DNA from: Microthyrium microscopicum | Taxonomy: Eukaryota | NCBI GenBank assembly: GCA_010405405.1 | Contig: MU004230.1 | Span: 3,010,627-3,074,626, forward strand | DNA length: 64,000 nt | Direction: 5' to 3' | Shown: one piece after another, positions 1-11,875 of the stretch | How the letters are laid out: every line of letters begins with the position of its first letter | How positions within the stretch are numbered: position 1 is the stretch's first letter | Notes under the pieces: model-generated | What the model was told of the DNA's origin: nothing | The model's input: the letters and a program-made list of their open reading frames with translations, nothing else | The model's database searches: none | Made by a program: the position numbers and the translations under genes

Positions 1-296
1 AGTCGAGTTGGAGATAATGGAGGGAGATGGGTTGGATCGGACTTGCGCTGTACAATTACTTGGCTTGAGCTCCTGCCAATTCAGAGGCGCGATGTTTATG
101 GCGTCCACGAGCTGGTTGCGGGGTGACCAGTTTGGTGCCTGGATTGGCAGGCACCACTCGAACCATATCAGGCCACTTTCCTAACTACCAAATTGAATAT
201 TCTAAGTACCAAGAAAATCTTCCTCCATACAGTATTCTTCGGGTGAATGAAATAGTTTCTCCTGGAACGTTGCAAGCTCGAGGTTCAGGCCTGAAA

Positions 297-1948
297 ATGC
301 ATCATCCATTCCAAGTAATCGCCAAAATCTCGCGTCCTGAGAAGCAATTTCTGCTCGCTGCGAGTGGACCAAAACTTCTCTGTGTGAATTTAGAGGATGG
401 AACAATAGCATCGCAATGGCAGGCAGAAGTAGTTAAAACCGCTGCCGTGTCCGAAGTAAGATCATTACAGATAATGGGGAAAAACACTCTCTAACAAAAT
501 ATTTTCAGAAGCTCAAGACAGAAGAGTCTAATGAACCACCGGCAAAGAAGCGAAAGACTGCGCAACCAGAACAAGAAGCGCCCAACGTTACAGCCATCGA
601 AATCACTCCAGATGGCTCTCATGCTGTAATCGTAACCGGCGAGGATAAGACCATCCGCGTCTTTCACGTCTCTAGCGAAGGTGTCTTGACAGAAAAGAGT
701 CAAAGGTTGGTCACCTCCCTATAGCAAAAAACCAAACCCCTGACGTTTCTAGATGCATGGCCAAGCGGCCTTCAGCAATTACGCTCACAAATGAAGGAAA
801 TATGATACTGTGTGCAGACAAGTTTGGAGATGCTTACTCACTGCCTCTTCTACCCACTCCGGAACAAGACGAAGCTGCGAGGCAAGCCGCTGTCAACATA
901 GCAAAGCCTAGGGAACCAGCAGCTTCCGAAACTACAGTTCATTCCAAAGCCAACAGAAGAGCTTTGGAATACCAACGGAAGCAGGCCGAAGAAAAGACGA
1001 AGGATAATGCGCAAGAGAAGGACCATTTGAAGCTAAAAGAGACTCTTTTATTCGCCCATGATCTACTACTGGGACATGTCGCTATGGTTATCGATATCAT
1101 TGCAGCCCAAAAGCCGCCGGTTAAAGAAGGACAAAGACCTAGATCCTATGTTATCACATCCGATAGAGACGAGCACATCCGTGTGTCTAGAGGCCCCCCT
1201 CAATCCCATGTTATAGAGTCGTTTTGTCTCGGACATGGAGAGTTTGTCAGCAAGCTTTGCCTTGTAGATCCAGATATCCTTGTCTCTGGGGGTGGAGATG
1301 ATGACCTCTTCGTCTGGGATTGGCTTGGAGGGCGCCTACTTTCCAAACTTTCTCTCAGATCTGCTGTTATCAGAGTTACAGGTCAAAGTGAGGATGACTG
1401 TAAAATCGCTGTGTCGGGCTTATGGTTACTCCCTGGGACGACAGCTGAACAGGTTTGTTTTTCTCTGATCTGTGATACTTTAAGCTAACAGCTGGTGTCA
1501 GAATCGACTTCTCATCGGATGCGAAGGAGTACCAGCTTTATTTCATTGCGCTGTTTCAACACTACAAGATGACAACGCCACTATAGATACCTTTCCTCTG
1601 GACGGAAATTTGCTCGATCTGGCCATTGATAAGGGACTGATTATCGTCTCCATTGACAATATTCACAAGCCAACGTCAGTGACTGACATTGACAATAGCA
1701 CAGTGAGTTTTGTATAAGCAGTTTGTGACATTGTCTAATGAGTGTTCTAGATTTTCAAGCCCAGATTACAAATTTTTACGCTTGATGAGGCGTTACAAAA
1801 TCAGACAGAAACATTCAGGCATCAATTAGTAGAAGTCAACGAAATGATGACTACAGAGTGGCATGAAAAAAGCCTCCGGACATTACTCTATGGCATAGGT
1901 CCACTACGGAAACGAAGGAATGAGTACGGCGCTGATCTGGAAGAGTGA
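297..1948 (+). CDS. TRM82: tRNA (guanine-N7)-methyltransferase non-catalytic WD40 subunit; 5 exons (297-455, 509-705, 753-1452, 1502-1702, 1751-1948), ~484 aa
   Basis: Spliced ORF stays in frame across GT-AG introns with branch sites. Motifs TGEDKTIRVF, MAKRPSAI, ADKFGDAYSLPL, LLGHV, ITSDRDEHIRVSR, IESFCLGH and C-terminal LLY..LRKR are characteristic of Trm82/WDR4. Confidence 0.93.
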
Positions 1949-2052
1949 ACAGCCTGTGAAAATATTTCTCTATCACTTCAATATGAGTCTTTGAATGACG
2001 GTGAGGAATACTTAATCATCGCTTTCCCATTGTATCCCATCGCATACGACTA

Positions 2053-2310
2053 TCAATATCTAGGCTGATTACCATAGTTATTAGGATCCGGGTAGACGTT
2101 TAATTCCTCCAGGCTATAGTAATTGGTACTACATGTAGATCTTCCACACGCGTGGTCCACTCGCCCTTTTAAACCGGTCGGCTTCTGACAAACTTTCCTG
2201 GTTTCGAGTGCCAATTTACATGGATGCCATGTCCCAGAAATATTGTATGGACCGTCTTGTACAGCCTTAGCGTGGCCGCAGAGATAAACTTGTCCTTCGT
2301 ATTGACACAT
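2053..2310 (-). CDS. Small Cys-rich protein of unknown function, 85 aa (MC-x8-CGH type), no signal peptide
   Basis: ATG-initiated ORF with 6 Cys. TATATAA lies ~100 bp upstream (2411-2417, minus strand). Cys/His spacing matches the microprotein at 62699-63023. Confidence 0.6.
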   Translation of the reverse strand: MCQYEGQVYLCGHAKAVQDGPYNISGTWHPCKLALETRKVCQKPTGLKGRVDHACGRSTCSTNYYSLEELNVYPDPNNYGNQPRY

Positions 2311-3063
2311 CTCTCAATTATTCTAAGATGTTTGATACCTTGTCTAGGATATACTGTTTCAGGATACAGAGAAAAAGCATGTTGCTTAGCAGGCGCTGCA
2401 AAACAAAGCCTTATATACCAGTTCAAACGAAGACTAGTAACCCGCTCACTGTCAATCAAAAGACAATGGTAGAAGTGTTGAGGGGGGAAGGTTTCTAGCC
2501 ACTATAACTAAAGCACAAAGATACTTCTGAGCTAGGAGATGTTATTCCAGAATTGAAGAAAGTGCAACATGCTGTGGCTGAATTTCAAATGTCTTTCGGC
2601 ACCCTTGGAGTTTTTGATATGTATCAAAAAGCTCAATTATCGACAAACCTTCCAGACCCCAAATCATTCGATAACATTTGCTAAGCAACCAAGGCCAAAT
2701 CTTGTGTACAATCCCGGAACACATAATGGAGGGACGAATCTTCGTGTCAGTGATTAGATCTGCATATCGCCTGCGTTTCCATACATAAGAGTGGAACTGT
2801 TGGTCCTAACTGGAGCTTGCGGCTTTTGCGGTTTTTGTCGAACTTATGGCTAAGGTATCGAAGCTGACGTACCTATATAAGGACATGACTATCCTCCATC
2901 TGATCTTGGTGCCATTTGCATTTGGTTTCAACTTCCTCAATTTGAAAAGTAGAGTAGGTATGCCGCTTTTGTTGACACTCACGGGCGTTGCTAATAGATT
3001 CAGTGCAGTTCAAACCTCACAAGTCTTCTATATAAGATCGCTCTCAACAAACCAATAATCACA

Positions 3064-3510
3064 ATGTCAAAAACTTACACTGGAGGCTGCCATTGCGGTG
3101 CTTTCCGCTACGAAGTTGAACTCGACCTCTCCAGCAAAATGGCCACGAAATGCAACTGTTCATTTTGTCTAAAGTCCAACTTCTTGACCCTTCCAGTCCC
3201 GGGCGACGGTTCTCAATTCAAGCTCCTGTCTCCCAAGTCTTTGGACGAAGTCGGAGATTACAAATTCGGTAGCAAAAAAGGCAGTCATTTTTATTGCAAA
3301 GAATGCAGCATCTGCCTTATCAACAAGCCCCCTTTTCCGATTGAGTTGCCTGGAAGCGGAGGGAAAATCAGCATGTTCATCAACGCTGTCACGCTGGATC
3401 AGGGGCAGGATGTGGATTTGAGAAAGTTCAAGATCATGTATTGGGATGGAAAAGAGAATAACTGGGCGGCGGGCTTGAAAGAGGAACCTTATTCTGGTGG
3501 ATGCTATTGA
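3064..3510 (+). CDS. GFA/CENP-V (Mss4-like, glutathione-dependent formaldehyde-activating enzyme family) protein, 148 aa
   Basis: GGCHCGAFRY, CNCSFC and HFYCKEC zinc-binding motifs; intronless; ACAATG start context. Confidence 0.88.
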   Translation: MSKTYTGGCHCGAFRYEVELDLSSKMATKCNCSFCLKSNFLTLPVPGDGSQFKLLSPKSLDEVGDYKFGSKKGSHFYCKECSICLINKPPFPIELPGSGGKISMFINAVTLDQGQDVDLRKFKIMYWDGKENNWAAGLKEEPYSGGCY

Positions 3511-4006
3511 AGTAGATGAGGTGAAAGTCACTCAGGTAGTTGTCATGCCTGACAAAATGTACCGGGCAATGAATGAAGTCTAACAGATAGAAGTATTTCA
3601 CTATTTCAAATTCTTTTGTTGGTTGATCTGGCGTAGCAGAGTTGCGCAATATGAAGAGGTTTAACTCATAGACAAAAGGTGATCTTTAGTAAAGGAATAG
3701 TGGTCAAGAATATAAGTGACTTTCAGATAGCAGTTTTCAAACATGTCGTTATAGGTGGAGAATGGGCTGTCCAAGCTCATTTATTTATATTGAATAACTG
3801 AGCTCATACCCTAGTCGCTTTATGAAGACGATATATTCTACAGAGCCTCTGACATGATATTCTCTATTGTTCCGTAATGATGTGCCCTGGTGGAACATAT
3901 ACTACGACTTTTAATTCATATCGTCCTCATTTTAGATTCTGCTCCCGTTCATGTCCCACCTTCACAACACCATATATCAGCTTTGACGTTCGTGATCTAA
4001 TTCGAC

Positions 4007-4981
4007 ATGCCAATCCACGACAAGCCACTGGTAGATCACATCTATATAGCAGATCCATCCGCCCACGTCTTTGAAGGAAAACTCTACGTTTACCCATCCC
4101 ATGACAGAGAGACAGACATCCAAGACAATGACTTTGGCGACCAATACGACATGGCCGACTATCATGTCTTCTCCATGGAGACGGCTGGTGGGCCCACAAC
4201 AGACCATGGCATCGCACTAAAAATGGAAGATATACCTTGGGTATCGAAACAGGTCTGGGCTCCAGATGCCGCTACCAAGAATGGGAAATATTACCTCTAC
4301 TTTCCGGCACGAGACAAGGAGGGTGTCTTCCGTATTGGCGCTGCTGTTGGAGATAGACCAGAGGGACCATTCACAGCAGATCCGGAACCGATTGCTGGAA
4401 GCTATAGCATTGATCCTGCGGCATTTGTGGACGATGATGGAGAGGCTTATCTGTATTTTGGCGGGATATGGGGTGGTCAACTGCAGTGTTATGGATCTGG
4501 AATTTTCGATAAGGATGCGTTCTCGAATATGGAGGCGAAGGATGGCCCGGCCCTTTTACCTCGCGCTGCAAAGCTCGCCGAGGATATGCGCAGCTTTGAT
4601 GGCAAAGTACAAGAATTGGAGATTCTTGATGAGGCAGGAAAACTCATTGACTCAGGTGATCATGATCGCAGGTTTTTTGAGGCTGCTTGGATGCACAAAT
4701 ACAAGGGTAAGTACTACTTCTCGTACTCAACAGGAGATACACATTACCTGGTGTATGCTATTGGCGATAGCCCTCTGGGACCTTTCACTTATGCCGGTCG
4801 TATTCTGGAGCCAGTTCTTGGATGGACGACGCATCATTCAATCGTGGAGTTCAAGGATAAGTGGTATCTGTTCTACCATGACTGTTCGCTTTCTAAGGGT
4901 ACAAATCATCTGCGGTCTGTGAAGATGAGAGAGCTTGTGTATGACGAGTCAGGAAAAATCCATCTTGCTGAGAAGCAGTGA
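4007..4981 (+). CDS. Glycoside hydrolase family 43 beta-xylosidase/alpha-arabinofuranosidase (subfamily 1-like), intracellular, 324 aa
   Basis: ADPSAHVFEGKLYVYPSHD, WAPDA, SIDPA, FFEAAWMHK and WTTHHSI motifs; no signal peptide; intronless. Confidence 0.93.
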   Translation: MPIHDKPLVDHIYIADPSAHVFEGKLYVYPSHDRETDIQDNDFGDQYDMADYHVFSMETAGGPTTDHGIALKMEDIPWVSKQVWAPDAATKNGKYYLYFPARDKEGVFRIGAAVGDRPEGPFTADPEPIAGSYSIDPAAFVDDDGEAYLYFGGIWGGQLQCYGSGIFDKDAFSNMEAKDGPALLPRAAKLAEDMRSFDGKVQELEILDEAGKLIDSGDHDRRFFEAAWMHKYKGKYYFSYSTGDTHYLVYAIGDSPLGPFTYAGRILEPVLGWTTHHSIVEFKDKWYLFYHDCSLSKGTNHLRSVKMRELVYDESGKIHLAEKQ

Positions 4982-5139
4982 GCGAGACGAAACAGTGAAG
5001 CGGTCTCCATTTGGGGCATTCAATACAATAGGTTGAAACATTGCATCTCTTTAATTTGTCGTCTCGCAGTAGACCTACATGATCAACAGCCATTTCGAAA
5101 GCTTAAGTATGAGCAGGAGCGGCTCCTATACTTGCAAAA

Positions 5140-6759
5140 TCACATCACACGATCTTGCACTTTTATCGTGAGGATTACTCTCAGTAAATCTCCACGACTA
5201 TTGCTCGGGGTTACACCAAAGCGAACACTGGCGTATACTATCTTCGTCTCGTCCGCTGCTAGTGGTGACTCAATTTCGTCTTGTACTGTGTGAATGATAT
5301 TTGGAGCCCATTGCTTTAAGACCAGATATGGAATTTCTTTCATTTCCAAACAAGGCACGGGCAACGCCATGCTCTTGGATGCCGTAGTCGATTCCTGTAG
5401 CTGAACTTTGAGACCGAAATGATTGTTTCCGCTATTCCTAAAAAGGTAAACCATCTGTCGAGTTTTGGCCTGCCATGAGGTCATGACATGTGTTTCGACT
5501 AATCTGTAGCTCGAATCGCCAAGATCAAGTTCCATACAGATATCTGATAGTTGGTTCCCTGTAAATGCGTCTGAAACCCCTGAAGCCAGGAGTGGTACAA
5601 ATATCGGGTGAAATGATGCTTTAATCAATCTCATATAAGAGGGTTTGTCAATTGTTCGCAACACATGAGGGTCAACTCGTCGGCATCTCGTCTCTGGCCA
5701 GCCATTTGGTAGTTTTCCCGTCAACGCACCGTCATTTGCTGAATTGATCAAGCTAGAATTCTGGAAATCCGATGTTTCAAAGACAATGGCAATCCTGCCT
5801 TGCGTGTAGTCCAGGTCAAGGCAATCTAAGATTGCCAAATTACTGTCAGGAGTTTGAAGGACAAGAATCTCGAACTGAAGCCCGTGACTACTGATTGTTA
5901 TTGGAGACCGGTTTGTTCTTGGTAATGGTACAATTCTAGAGGAATACCGAAACTCATCAGGAGATGTGGCCAAGATGCCGCATGAGGCGTGAGTTGAGCC
6001 GCCGATTGTTTTCCAAGCAAGTATTGACATGTCTGTATTGTGTCTGAGTATCTCTTCTTGGAGCCTCAGAAAGGCTCTGGCGTCTTCCCCGTACAGTAAT
6101 GGCATGTTGATTCCGAACATCCCAAGCAGTGAATACGCACGATCCTCGATTCTTGTGGTCTGCCAACCGCTTGCCCAGCGCATTGTTTGCGCAACACTGT
6201 AATCTGTCAAGGCCTTATCTCCCAGAAGAAGGCTTCTATCGATACCAGTAATATCCGATAGAATTGGAGCCAGGCTTCTCTTCGTTCCAATATCCTGCCA
6301 GTTTGAATTATAAAAGACGACATTTGCCGACGCCACGAGTTCTTGTAAAGTCCAGCCTCTTCCGAACCATCTGCACCTGGATCCTTCTATCGAGAGGGTA
6401 TTTCTGGACCCACTAAAGTCCTCGAGGTATACGTAACACACGACCGCCTGCTCATACCATTCATACATAGAGTTGATTGCCTCTGAAAGCTCAGCTGAAC
6501 TTGACTTATCAATAGAACATGTATCGGCCCATGCCCATTGGAAGCCCGCTGCCTTAGCAGTCTCACAGAACAAAGCTATCTTCATAGCCCCTTTGGATGA
6601 TATGACAAAACCGGGGTCTTTAGATCTGAGCAGCCGGTCTCGTTGCTCAAATGATATCTCATCGGGCCCCCATGTATGGGAGAGGATAGCGTATGGTGGG
6701 GGCACATCATTGCCGTCGAAGCTTCGTAGCTTAAATGATGATGTATTGATGAGCCTCAT
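5140..6759 (-). CDS. Heterokaryon incompatibility (HET) domain protein, 539 aa
   Basis: MRLINT start, YAILSHTWG, WADTCSIDKSSSAELSEAINSMYEWY, WFGRGWTLQEL and TTRIEDRAYSLLGMFGINMPLLYGE are HET-E-type HET domain blocks. Confidence 0.92.
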   Translation of the reverse strand: MRLINTSSFKLRSFDGNDVPPPYAILSHTWGPDEISFEQRDRLLRSKDPGFVISSKGAMKIALFCETAKAAGFQWAWADTCSIDKSSSAELSEAINSMYEWYEQAVVCYVYLEDFSGSRNTLSIEGSRCRWFGRGWTLQELVASANVVFYNSNWQDIGTKRSLAPILSDITGIDRSLLLGDKALTDYSVAQTMRWASGWQTTRIEDRAYSLLGMFGINMPLLYGEDARAFLRLQEEILRHNTDMSILAWKTIGGSTHASCGILATSPDEFRYSSRIVPLPRTNRSPITISSHGLQFEILVLQTPDSNLAILDCLDLDYTQGRIAIVFETSDFQNSSLINSANDGALTGKLPNGWPETRCRRVDPHVLRTIDKPSYMRLIKASFHPIFVPLLASGVSDAFTGNQLSDICMELDLGDSSYRLVETHVMTSWQAKTRQMVYLFRNSGNNHFGLKVQLQESTTASKSMALPVPCLEMKEIPYLVLKQWAPNIIHTVQDEIESPLAADETKIVYASVRFGVTPSNSRGDLLRVILTIKVQDRVM

Positions 6760-7455
6760 GCTCGGCAGATATCTCCAAGTTGTCCGATTCTATTTTAGGA
6801 AGCACTTTGGAGTTATCTTGAGCTGTTGAGCTGCCGCGATGTATTATCAGTTAGAGAGACCGGTGAGAGGAGATGAAGGTCAAGGATGACTTCTAGGATT
6901 TGAGTTGCCAGGGGTAGGAAAGAAGCAAATCCCAGCTGTGCTAAGTATGATATGCATGTTCGTATGTCAGTGCCGAGATAGCTTTCAGGCTTTGATGAAC
7001 TGAATTATGAGGAGAACCACCTTCTCCCGACGATTGATAGGCCTATTCGCTCGTTACGAAATAGGCATGATTTATGACGGGAATGAGGCTTTGGCGAAGC
7101 TGTGCATCTTGATACAGTCTTCTTGGAGCATGGACTGTAGTTCGCCATTCCTCGATGCGAAAAAGAAGGAAGGTGGTTGCATTGCCACTACAAGGCCGTA
7201 CCATTATCAAAGCTGGATGTGTTACAGTGATGCCGACTCCTGAAGTACAAGTATCATAACATATGTCCCACCAACACCCCAATGCATAATTTGTAATACT
7301 GATTGCTTGATGGTAATAGACTCGGTCCATATTTGCGATTTCTGCCATAGTTGAGTGTTGCTTGGTGCTGCAGAGTATTACAGTCGAGATGCCATCAATC
7401 TCTCGATTTGCAGTTGCGGACGAGGATAATACTCCTCATTCTCTTCTGCAGCCTT

Positions 7456-8453
7456 TCAGGGTACTCCCTTTCCAGCTCTCGTAGCTTTAGCCAACTCACT
7501 TTGTGCCTTATCATCCGCATATCGCTGATATATCGGCAGATAATGCTCCTTATCGCTCGTCGTCGCCTTGACAGTCTCGCGCTGCTCAATGGCATTCAAC
7601 CACTTCCTCCATCTAGGCCAAACATTCTCAAAAGTACCTCCTTGGCCTTCTTCTGGAAATCCCAAGCCACCTTTGAAGTGGTCAAATACCCATAATCGTA
7701 CCTTTAACGGTCAGTCATCCATCAGCAAATTCATACTCTGATAGAACTTACCGCAAACGGAGCAATAACATAATCAACCAAACTAGGTTCCTTCCCAAGA
7801 AAGAACGGCCCCTCCTCATGCATTTCTGAAGTGAACTCCTGGATATGATTCAAAAACTCAGTCTGTTTCTCTTTCAATCCATCACCGTCCCCTTGGAACT
7901 GAAGGTACCGATGGAACGCTGGGATGATCCGCGAAGTGCAGTAATCAGCCCAGATCCGGGACCTGGCTCGATCGTATGGATCTTTTGGTACAAGGTGTGG
8001 CGTATGATCTGGATACGCTTCTTCAAGAAATTCGCAAATGATGTTGCTCTCGTATAGGGGCTTGTTGTTATATTCCAGTGTTGGGACTAGACCGCGAGGG
8101 TTGAGTTTCATTAATGATTGCGGTTTTTTGTATGGATTGACTTAGGCTCTAGTTAGAATTGGTGTTTGGGATTGGAATGGTTTGAAATACCTTCGATGTA
8201 TTGATATGGAATCTTCTTCTCTTCGAGGACTAGCCAGGCGCGTTGGACGAAGGGACAGAACCAGGAGCCATAGAGCTTGAGAGGCTCTTCTTGAGCATGT
8301 GCCTATCGATTGATCATTTAGTTTTGTTCTCTATTTCACAAATCTTTCATGAAATATAGCATAGTGGCAGCTTACCTCGACTGTCTTGATCGCTAATCCG
8401 GTAGCGTGCGGATGGACTTTCGAGTCCGGATGTTCTTGCTTCTCTGGAGCCAT
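7456..8453 (-). CDS. Glutathione S-transferase, Cys-active-site (omega-like); 4 exons (8453-8376, 8302-8191, 8140-7752, 7701-7456), ~274 aa
   Basis: Spliced product contains LYGSWFCPFVQRAW, NPRGLVPTL, LYESNIICEFLEE and GPFFLGKEPSLVD. Confidence 0.9.
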
Positions 8454-9099
8454 TTTGTCAATGAATTGAGTCTCAATATGGCTGATTATGCGATTTTCTA
8501 TTATGTTTGTAAAATGCGGCTTTTCAGGGACTCTCGCGACGCTTTTATGCTCCGTGGTGGCAAGGGCGAGACAGCAGGCGGGGATTGCAAACATCAACAT
8601 GTGACGTCAAAGTCAGGATCAATGACAAGCAATGACTACATTGTCTTCTTGACATTACGTTGAATTTGGTAGAACACGTATGTGCAATAATCAAAGCATT
8701 CAACTAGGGCGTTATACAAGAAGGGTTGCCCCTTTTTGAGTGCTCGAAAAGTAAAGTTAACTCACAGACAGACGCTACTAAGTTAGTAGGTGAGGTTGAG
8801 ACGGACAGGTGCTATCTACTATTGTAATAGATGATTTAGTCAGGAATGAATAGAGAAGAATTATACTTAAGATAATGCCTTGAATTCAAAGTCAGGCGTC
8901 ATGTAAATTCGTCCATCATAATGCGCCTGATCAATTCTATGATACTTTCCAGCCATTCTATGCACATTATACATGATTTTCAGTAGTAGCCAAGCCCACT
9001 GATATATACACCGACATCTACAGCGTCCATCGTTCATCACCCCAAACTAGAGATGGCAGCCAATACCATCTTGACTCCGCGCCATCAGACATATCTCGC

Positions 9100-11087
9100 T
9101 CAAAACTCAAACTCGCCCCGAAACTGCCGAGGATCTACACCAGAAACCACACGATCCGTCAGATCCCGGCGTCCCATGTTAGTGAACACCCGCCGTAGCG
9201 TGTCGTACAAGTTGGTACTCTGGTTTTGCGTCAACATGCGATCCAGGTCGCCATCTGACACGCCTCCTGGACCACCAGCACCAGCACCCTCGACAATCTC
9301 TCGTGCCTTTTGCCGTGCATCTTGCTCGTCTACGCGGTGCATTTCTAGTGCACCAAGTAAGTGGCCGGCTGCCTCGGGGAGAACTCCCATGTTAATGCAG
9401 CTCACGCCGAGATTGTAACGTGCGCGCACAAAGTTTGGACGTAAGTCGAGGGCGCGTTCATACGCCTGGATCGCTTCTTCTGATCGGCCGCTATTGGCCA
9501 TAGTGGCTCCGAGTCTGTTCCAGAGCAGGTGCATGTTCTGGCGCTGGTTGACGATGCCGGATTCACTGCTGGCTAGGGCAGCTTCAAAGCAGTCAATAGC
9601 CTTGTCGAACTCGTCAGCGGCGTAGAAGAGGACTCCAAGACCGACTTGGACGTCAGGGTCCATTGATTCACCGGATGGTGAGAGTTGGGCGGCGTGAATG
9701 AAGAGTTCGGTTACTTTTTGGTGGAGTTCGATGCGTTGGGTGAAGCCGAGCTCTTTGGGCTCGTCCAGGGGACCGCTGATGACTTGGGGGTATTTGACCG
9801 AGACCCAGCGTTCGAGGGTGCGGTAGGCAGTTGTTTCGTAGCCTTCGTTTGTGTAGGATACTGCTAGGCCCATGAGTGCTTCGAGGTTATTGGGATCGTG
9901 TTTGAGACCCATTTCGAGGGCGCGGATTGCTGGGACTTCTTTTTCGTTCTGAGCTTGTGCACTGCCTAGACGTACCCACGCGTCAACGTGGTTTGGATCT
10001 TTTTGTACGGCGGCCTCGAAAGCGAGAGCTGCAAGTGACAGGTTGCCACCGCCATCCATGATCTCCACACCTTCGGCGAATGGATCGGTTCGTTCTTGGA
10101 AGGGGTTGTTCTGCTCAAACATATAATCTCCTAGGCTAGGCATATCGGAGCTCGAGTGCGTATTAAGCCCATCAAAGTCGTTCCAGTCTTCTACACCAAG
10201 GCCATTTTCGAACATTTCGTCTTCGGCAAGTTGTCTAGCGCTCTGAGTCTCAGCTTGAATTCCCCGCCAGATACTTTCAAAGTCACCAAAGTGGTCCGTC
10301 TCGGATTCGAGAGCACCATCTTGGAGACCTTCTTGGACTGACCTATCAAGCCCGTTGAGTTCCTTCTCTATTGCTGCCTGTGCTTCCGCATCCAGGTCGC
10401 CCTCAACATTCTCTAGTTGAGCAAATTGTTCCTCCCATTGGTTGTCGTCCAGTTCGACTAGCCGCCCTTTGCCCTTGTCTGCTTGTTGCTCTTGCCCAAG
10501 TGGCTGTTGTTGCATTTGCATCGGCATTTGCATACCCATCATTCCCATGCCCATTGGTTGGTATCCACCAAATTGTGGTCGATATCCCATCGACATGGAA
10601 TTATTGAGCATGGGACTCGCTTTTCGGTCGACTTGTGGAGCAGCTTGGAAGCGCGCAAACTCACCAGTATTGAAGCTTGCCGGCTGCTGTTGCATATGTT
10701 GCTGCGGTATCTGTGGGCTTTGCATGCCTGGGCCAAACTCGGCGGCCCAGCGTGGATCTTGAGCTTGTGGAGGGAGGGCTTGATGAAGGCTGTCCATTTT
10801 CCAGGCGGCTTCGGCTGGCATACCGGGCATTTGAGCGTGGTGTTGGGCAAACTCGTCCATCATCTACAAGATATTTCGGTTAGTTATGGCACAGAAATTC
10901 TCATAAGAGTCCTTACGCCGTCTTGCCCTGGACCCATAGCTTGGCTGCGCATGCTCTCTTGCAAGCCGCCTGGCCCGCGGCCGACGAGACGGTCACGTTG
11001 TAATGAGTTATCATCTTGTGTATGCTTTGTGAATTGGCTGAGAGGGTTGCCCGCTGTCGAGCACTCGGGACCACCGAGGAAGGACAT
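9100..11087 (-). CDS. PEX5: Peroxisomal PTS1 receptor; 2 exons (11087-10917, 10863-9100), ~644 aa
   Basis: N-terminal conserved Cys (GPECSTAGNPL), WxxxF motifs (WAAEF, WEEQF) and C-terminal TPRs (LAFEAAVQKDP, LWNRLGATMANSGRSEEAI, FVRARYNLGVSCIN). Confidence 0.97.
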
Positions 11088-11316
11088 TTTGGCGGGGCGT
11101 GTGAGATGTGAGAGAGCGAAAGGTGATGAGGAGGTAGCGGAAAGAGGATGGAAAGATGGAGAGGAGGAGAGAGAGAAAGAATAAGGCGCGCCTGAAGTTG
11201 TTTAATGTGAAGTAGAGGGTAAATAATAAAAAGTGCCAGGTGTTTTTCCAGAAGGCCAAGTTAGAGTGGTTGTCGGCAATCAAGTGGCGATGGGCTCAAA
11301 AGCTGGGACGTGTCAC

Positions 11317-11322
11317 CCGAGG
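11317..11322. promoter_or_regulatory. CCGAGG/CCTCGG candidate FarA/FarB (Ctf1)-type fatty-acid response element upstream of PEX5
   Basis: Exact hexamer ~230 bp upstream of the PEX5 ATG. The motif is known from peroxin and beta-oxidation promoters of filamentous ascomycetes, but a single 6-mer can occur by chance. Confidence 0.45.
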
Positions 11323-11875
11323 CTCTCAAAGCATCTGACAAACCCTCAATCATTCCATCCACATGTCTTCAACTCGTCTCAAATTATTCTAATTAAGTTG
11401 CCTGGCTGTTAAATAATAGATCTAGCTGACAATCTGCTCCCAAGTTAGATCTGGATTTACCTGCAGCTCATGGCGTACTGGTCACTTACTCTAGTTTTGT
11501 TCTGAGGCGCCAACGTACGATCATCAAAACATCACCAAAACCGACTTGTTCATCGACTGTATTATGAGACATTATGAAAGCAGCTTTTACACGATTTGGA
11601 CTTCAGAGTATTCAACAGCTGCTCACTTCCGCCGCTGCGATGCTGGTGGTCTTCCACGTCTCGACGGGACTTCACTACCAAGCTACAGGCGCCGATCGTC
11701 ACGACAAACACCATTCGGACATAAGATCAAAGATACTCATCTGATTGCCTAGTGATACATCAGTTTCTCGGACTTCGAGTCCTCGAAGCTTCATCTTCAT
11801 CTCTTTGTTTTAAGCATTCGAGAAGTCAGCGGTCACATAAACGCAGTATTGCGCCCACATGCATCTCTCCATCAA

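Noticed and set aside
4266..4922. 218-aa alternative-frame ORF overlapping GH43
   Set aside because: Same-strand off-frame shadow of a well-conserved enzyme, without motifs.
10371..11184. Plus-strand ORFs of up to 233 aa opposite PEX5
   Set aside because: Antisense to a highly conserved gene, no recognisable motifs, and one crosses the PEX5 intron.
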